DNA of 26,553 nt from positions 1 to 26,553 of the IMG/VR virus record IMGVR_UViG_3300032093_000719; one strand, 5' to 3'. Made by a program: the position numbers and the translations under genes. Position 1 is the first letter of the stretch. The number at the start of each line of letters is the position of its first letter. The notes under the pieces were generated by a model. The model worked only from the letters and a program-made list of their open reading frames with translations. It did no database searches and was not told the origin of the DNA. Shown in pieces: positions 22,054-26,553 of this stretch. This DNA is from a virus (Duplodnaviria; Caudoviricetes).

Positions 22054-25026
22054 TTATGCTGCGATGATTCCTTTCGTTTTGAGATCCACGATGAGCGTGC
22101 CGAGGATGTCCGCAAGTTCCTCCACCGTGGTAGCGTTTGCGTCACAGGTCCGGTCGGTTGTGAGGTTCGTGAAGGTAGTATACCCTGTTTGCGCCGCGCC
22201 TACCGTGCCTCCGGCAAATGCGTAGCCGCCGTCATCCCGTACGGTGAAGCGTGCGGTGCCGCCGCTGTTCTCGACGAGCAGCGTGTTGTTCGTACTGGTG
22301 CCCTGCCCGCGAACTGTAAGGGCAGTAGTGCTTGTGGGGGCACTGTTACGGATTCCAAACGCCCCGCTACCTAAACATACCAGTAGATTCGTTGCAAAGT
22401 TGTCAAATTTCCACGCCGTCTCCGCGTTGCCCAGCGTAGTGTACCCGCTGCCACCGTTTGTTTTCGAGCCCTGCATTGTGAATACAGCCCCAGTTGGCGC
22501 TGTGCTTCCGTGAATACCTATCCATCGCGTCGCCGGTGGTGATGCCTGCCCACTAGCCGAAAGGCCCATAATAGTAGCGTACACGGCCGGTGCTGCTTCC
22601 GTTCTAACAAGGAAGAACGTGTCTGTGCTTTGAGCATTGCCCGCAGCGAGGGTATGCGAAGCATCAGACCGCCGCAAACTAAAGCCACCACTGAGAAGTG
22701 TTGGCGCACCTTCAAGGATAGAATAGGCGGCCGTGTTTGAGACCGCCGCAGAAGTCAAGGTAAACCTTCCGCTATCTAAGATTTCGAGTCGCGTAGTCGC
22801 TGCACTGTCTTCAATGCGAAACGCCACGCCAGTCGTCGTCCCTGCCCCCCGGCTTGTGATAGTTCCCGTCGGGCTGGTGTTGCCACCTACAGAAAGACGG
22901 TTGTTCGTAGCGTCGTAGTAGAGAGCCGCCTCTGCTCCAAATGCTCCCGCGTTGTTGTACTGAATTTGCCCGGTAGATCCAGCCGGGCTTCCGCTACCTC
23001 CAGCTGCTGCGATTGTTATGGTGTCGGTAGTGGCGTTCGTTGTTAGCGTGATGTTGCTACCCGCAACTAGCGTTAGAGTATCGCTACCACTGTCTGCTAC
23101 TACGTCGCTCTGCCCAGATACAGCAATGGTGCTGAAGGTGTTCGTAACCGTTCCGCTGTTCGTGATAGTCAGCGTGTCTGTGCTTGCGTTCGTTGTAAGC
23201 GTGATACCCGTACCCGCTGCAATTGTGAGCGTGTCGATATGGGTGTCCGCCACGATGGAGGACTGCCCGGATACCGCGATGGTCTCAAAGCTATTCGCCG
23301 CCCGTGTGGTCCACGAAAGACCTCCCGCCGCGTTCGTCGCGAGTACCTGCCCGCTGGTTCCGTCCGCTGAAGGGAGGGTGTAGGTGGTGCTGGCCGCGAG
23401 TGAATCAGGTGCCTTGATTGCAATTGAGCTTCCCCCGTTCGTGGTAGCCTCCGCTAGTGTTATTTTTCCACCCGTTCCGCCGGTGTAGTTCCGAATGACC
23501 GGGTCAGTCATAGTAACCCCATCGGCTTCCACTAGCAGTATATCAAAGCCTGAACTAGTAAAATTTAGGTTCTCTCCGTTCAGGTCAATTTCCCGAATGC
23601 CCGAGAGCGTCACGTCGTCGTCGTCAAGCCGAGCGGAATCGAAGGTAATCGTGTCCGTCGTGGCGTTCGTAGTGATAGCCATGCCGCCAGCCACCGCGAA
23701 GGTGAGCGTGTCGGTCGTGCTATCTGCGACCACGGGCGACTGCGTAGCGACCGCAATCGTGCCGAACGTGTTCGGAGCTGTTACGGTACTCGCGATTGTT
23801 ACCGCATCCGTTCCCGCGTCTGGAGTGAGAGAGATTCCCGTCCCTGCCGTGAGGATTAGCGTGTCTTCCTGCTTCTCTGCTTCGATAGTTGTAGCCCCTA
23901 CCGTAATGTACCGGAATGCCTTCCCCGAGTTTGGGGTCCACGACCGAATAAAGAGCCGCCCGGTATTCTGTTGTGATCGCGTCACGATAGCAATAGCGAG
24001 CTCTGGAGAACCCGCGGTAGAGCTCAATACTCCGGGAGTGCCCGAAGCGTAGAGAATCGTTCCGACGGGGTACGTGTCGGTAGCAATACCTCGAAGCTCT
24101 CCGTAGGTCCGTACGTGTCCCGTCCCTGAAATGGCGAGCTGTGCCGTAGCCAGACCCACCAGAACCTTCGGGTCGTCTACGTCGAGGTCAAAGAGACCCA
24201 CAGAAACCTTATCTCCTTGCGTTCCGATAGCCTTGCATAGGGCTCCCTTCGAAATGATAGCTCCGCTGCCGTTATACACCGGCATATCAAGAGCTTTTGG
24301 GGCTCCGTTAATCCAGTCTCCGGTTACCTCGTCGTACACGAGCGAATCGTGGTCCAGAGGGTCCGTGATAATTACGTCTGCGAGGCCGTCCAGATACTCC
24401 GCTCCGCCTCCTCCCGTGTCGATAGAGACCACTCCGTTCCCCTCGTCGATTAGGGTTCCGTTCGTGACCTTGATAGTATTCACCGAAAGAACGTCTACCG
24501 TGCCGTTCTGAGTGAGAACCCGGAGCAATCCGCGCCGCTGGTAGACGAACCCGCCTCCCTCCGGCTGAACTCCGTTAATTGGTGCATCGCACGCAGAGCG
24601 ATCGTAGGGAAGGGTGATAGAAAGCTCCAGAAGGACGCCGGCGAGTACGTTCGAGTTCGCTTCCTGAAGGGGAGTGACGCTGGCATTCGCTATCTCGTAG
24701 TCTTCCGAGTCGATAAAGATGTTCTGCCCGTTCGCGATATCTGCGAGGATATCCTCTGCGCATTGTTCCGCGTCGCTGACTACCTCCTTCTGGCGCTCGT
24801 TCTTGTCCTCGTATGCGGAAGGAAGGTCGAAGATATATACCTCGAAGTCGAGGGTCTTGGTAGTGTCCTCGTACGTCGCTCCGGTGTAGATGAGGTGAAG
24901 GAGAGGGTACTGGTCGAACTTCTCCAGATCCACATCCTCCGGCCCTCCAAACGAGAAGGAGCGGATAAAGAAGTGGTTATCTGCGAAGTCCTCGAACCTC
25001 TTTACAATCGTGTTTAGTGTAATCAT
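22054..25026 (-). CDS. Fibre protein with an N-terminal tail-terminator-like domain
   Basis: The first ~150 aa are acidic and globular, ending in DRSACDAP. The rest is a T/G/A/S-rich fibre with repeats, a YTLPSADGTSGQVLAT motif and a PAGSTGQIQYN motif. Confidence 0.7.
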   Translation of the reverse strand: MITLNTIVKRFEDFADNHFFIRSFSFGGPEDVDLEKFDQYPLLHLIYTGATYEDTTKTLDFEVYIFDLPSAYEDKNERQKEVVSDAEQCAEDILADIANGQNIFIDSEDYEIANASVTPLQEANSNVLAGVLLELSITLPYDRSACDAPINGVQPEGGGFVYQRRGLLRVLTQNGTVDVLSVNTIKVTNGTLIDEGNGVVSIDTGGGGAEYLDGLADVIITDPLDHDSLVYDEVTGDWINGAPKALDMPVYNGSGAIISKGALCKAIGTQGDKVSVGLFDLDVDDPKVLVGLATAQLAISGTGHVRTYGELRGIATDTYPVGTILYASGTPGVLSSTAGSPELAIAIVTRSQQNTGRLFIRSWTPNSGKAFRYITVGATTIEAEKQEDTLILTAGTGISLTPDAGTDAVTIASTVTAPNTFGTIAVATQSPVVADSTTDTLTFAVAGGMAITTNATTDTITFDSARLDDDDVTLSGIREIDLNGENLNFTSSGFDILLVEADGVTMTDPVIRNYTGGTGGKITLAEATTNGGSSIAIKAPDSLAASTTYTLPSADGTSGQVLATNAAGGLSWTTRAANSFETIAVSGQSSIVADTHIDTLTIAAGTGITLTTNASTDTLTITNSGTVTNTFSTIAVSGQSDVVADSGSDTLTLVAGSNITLTTNATTDTITIAAAGGSGSPAGSTGQIQYNNAGAFGAEAALYYDATNNRLSVGGNTSPTGTITSRGAGTTTGVAFRIEDSAATTRLEILDSGRFTLTSAAVSNTAAYSILEGAPTLLSGGFSLRRSDASHTLAAGNAQSTDTFFLVRTEAAPAVYATIMGLSASGQASPPATRWIGIHGSTAPTGAVFTMQGSKTNGGSGYTTLGNAETAWKFDNFATNLLVCLGSGAFGIRNSAPTSTTALTVRGQGTSTNNTLLVENSGGTARFTVRDDGGYAFAGGTVGAAQTGYTTFTNLTTDRTCDANATTVEELADILGTLIVDLKTKGIIAA
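23005..23920 (-). repeat. Four ~45-aa repeats in the fibre (NTFxTIAVSGQSxVVADSxxDTLTLxAGxxITLTTNATTDTITI)
   Basis: Two tandem pairs, at about 23920-23640 and 23295-23005, visible in the translation. Confidence 0.85.
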
Positions 25027-25696
25027 CGCTTCTTTTGCTCTATAGCTAGGTCTTTGAGGAACGCGAGGTGCTGAAGTACGACGTGAACCGGGAGCTCCGT
25101 GATTTTATCCATATGGAGAACGTCGTTGTTCGCGAGCGTGTAGAGGATGGGGTACCACTTCCACTTCTCGTAGAATTGAGAACTCCCTCCGTCACCTCCA
25201 GCAAAGACGCTTGCAAAGTTTGCAGACGTGTTATTCTTGTATTCCAAAAAAAAAGCAGCGCACCTGAAAAGAGGTCGGCTGGCATCCCTTTGAACGGCTC
25301 CGCGTCCTCTTTGGCCGTGTACTTCTTCAGGCTGTATTCCTTCCCTACGTGGTACTTCATCGGACGGTAGAGAACGGCCATGATTTTGTGCGCGTTCGGC
25401 CAGAAGTCTTCTTGGTAGCTCTCGCAGTCAATCCACTCCCCGGTGGTGAACTCGTCCCAGTCTTTTACGAAGCCGTACTTCTTCCCTTCGATTGTAATCA
25501 CTTGCTCGTGCCGGGCTACTTCGGGGATGTGGTTAATCCGGTTGAGCGCGTCGAGTACGGTTCCCATCGGGAGCTTCAGTACCTCCTCTTTCGAGAGGCG
25601 GCATACGTGGCCGACCTTTTCCAGATCGGGCGCGTTCGACATTAGTACCTGAAGGTCTCCGAGCGTGAGGTCTGCCCAGCGGTAGGGGATGTTCAT
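25023..25696 (-). CDS. Tail assembly chaperone, -1 frameshift (GT-type) product, 224 aa
   Basis: T9 run at 25246-25254. The -1 frame gives FLEYK..KWKWYPILYTLA..LAFLKD, and its TGA overlaps the ATG of the next gene. Confidence 0.7.
25046..25696 (-). CDS. Tail assembly chaperone, 0-frame (G-type) product, 216 aa
   Basis: W.DLTLG..YGF..TTGEWID..IMAVLYRP..GALLFF, followed by a low-complexity S/T/R tail. Confidence 0.65.
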   Translation of the reverse strand: MNIPYRWADLTLGDLQVLMSNAPDLEKVGHVCRLSKEEVLKLPMGTVLDALNRINHIPEVARHEQVITIEGKKYGFVKDWDEFTTGEWIDCESYQEDFWPNAHKIMAVLYRPMKYHVGKEYSLKKYTAKEDAEPFKGMPADLFSGALLFFWNTRITRLQTLQASLLEVTEGVLNSTRSGSGTPSSTRSRTTTFSIWIKSRSSRFTSYFSTSRSSKT

Positions 25697-25732
25697 ACGA
25701 GAGAATAACGGAAGAGGGTGGATTCCTCAAAG

Positions 25733-26553
25733 TTAGCCTATCCTGTACCTCCCGAAGTTGGGGTTCGACTGGTTGAACATCGCCGCGTATCTCGCAGCGT
25801 CGATAGCGTGGTTAAACGCGTCTACAGGCTCGTTGAGTACCTTCCCGTTCTTGTCTTCCTTCCACTTGTAGTTCCTCAGTTCCTTGATGAGGTTTACGCT
25901 CCCTGAGGTCACCGCAAGGGGTCGAGATTGAAGGAACTGAATCCCTGCACGCACGGAGTCGGGGCCCTTCCTTGCGTGGTGGACGTTGAGCCCGTACCCG
26001 TGGAGCTCGTCGATAGATTTGGGTTCCGCGGAGTCGGCTATCACCTGGGCTTTCCCTACCTCGAGGAGCTTCGATATCTCCCGGTTCGAGAGTCCGGTCC
26101 TGTAGAGCACCTCGTCGAGAAGGTACCCGTGTCCATCGGTGTAGACTCCTACCACCGCGGTCGGATCGTTCGTGTATCCGAAGTCTAGCCCGTAGGCTAC
26201 GAGCTTCCATTCCGGGCCTACTTGGTCTACTGTGGTGTAGTGGGTGAAGACGGTGCTTCGGGATGCTCCTCGCTCTCCGAGTCCATAGACTCTCCAGAAG
26301 TTCTCGTCGGCCACTTGTAGCCGTTCAATTTCGGCGACGAGTTCCGCCGGTAGGAAGGGGTTGTCTCGGTAGGTCGTCTTGAAGAATTGCGCATCGTCTC
26401 GGGGTATTACTTCGTCGTAGATCCAGTGAAACTCGTCCGAAGGGTTGTAGTCGATTATTGCCTTGAGGGTAGTCCGGAGGAGAAGCTGCCTCCAGTCCTC
26501 CAGAGAGACCTCGTTCGCTTCGTTTATGAAAAGGATATCCCGCTTCCTGCCTC
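25733..26553 (-). CDS. terL: Terminase large subunit, C-terminal nuclease part (joined to 1..452)
   Basis: TTYRDNPFL..YGLGE..GLDFGYTNDPT..ADSAEP..NHAIDAARY (RNase H-fold nuclease). Confidence 0.95.
   Translation of the reverse strand, partial: GRKRDILFINEANEVSLEDWRQLLLRTTLKAIIDYNPSDEFHWIYDEVIPRDDAQFFKTTYRDNPFLPAELVAEIERLQVADENFWRVYGLGERGASRSTVFTHYTTVDQVGPEWKLVAYGLDFGYTNDPTAVVGVYTDGHGYLLDEVLYRTGLSNREISKLLEVGKAQVIADSAEPKSIDELHGYGLNVHHARKGPDSVRAGIQFLQSRPLAVTSGSVNLIKELRNYKWKEDKNGKVLNEPVDAFNHAIDAARYAAMFNQSNPNFGRYRIG
26427..26553. repeat. 127-bp terminal direct repeat (copy 2)
   Basis: Identical to 1-127. Confidence 0.97.

Noticed and set aside
23005-23920. D-(S/T)-hydrophobic motifs in the fibre repeats as host O-glycosylation sequons
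   Set aside because: Bacteroidota general O-glycosylation acts on exported proteins, whereas virion proteins assemble in the cytoplasm. The motifs are explained by the beta-repeat itself.
25697-25760. TAACTTTG at the terL stop as a third host-type promoter
   Set aside because: The -7 box matches, but the -33 position has only TTCG at 17 nt and the box overlaps a stop codon. Possible, but not supportable as a feature.
26427-26553. Terminal repeat as a biological DTR or att site
   Set aside because: It is exactly 127 bp, falls mid-terL and matches an assembler k-mer overlap. It shows circularity or permutation only.
1-26553. Stop-codon recoding, DGR, tRNAs, introns/inteins
   Set aside because: Genes tile the genome under the standard code. 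I saw no reverse transcriptase, TR/VR pair, cloverleaf or splicing motifs, though no covariance search was run.

Overview
The window is an apparently complete, circularly assembled tailed-phage genome of 26,426 bp. Bases 1-127 recur exactly at 26427-26553, and the large terminase reads through the join. Every credible gene is on the minus strand, many joined by ATGA/TAATG overlaps; the long plus-strand ORFs are shadows. Two TTTG-N21-TAnnTTTG promoters and SD-less, A-rich leaders point to a Bacteroidota host. The early module has an SSB-like protein, a Cro-like HTH, a lambda-O-like initiator with an internal iteron array, a putative helicase loader, NinG and an ECF-like sigma factor. The late module runs ParB-like, TerS, TerL, a -1 frameshifted tail chaperone, a probable tail-terminator/fibre fusion, tail tip, tape measure, XkdF-like protease, scaffold, capsid, tail tube, two glycosyltransferases, a multi-domain portal, an adaptor, and lysis genes with a metallophosphoesterase. 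I found no integrase, CI repressor, DNA polymerase, tRNA or CRISPR array. The most novel signal is a ~55-nt unit at the late/early junction whose seed is perfectly antisense to the leaders of both early transcripts, a candidate shut-off sRNA. Next are a candidate virion-glycosylation pair and unusual structural domain fusions. All functional calls come from motif recognition and synteny; no database searches were run.
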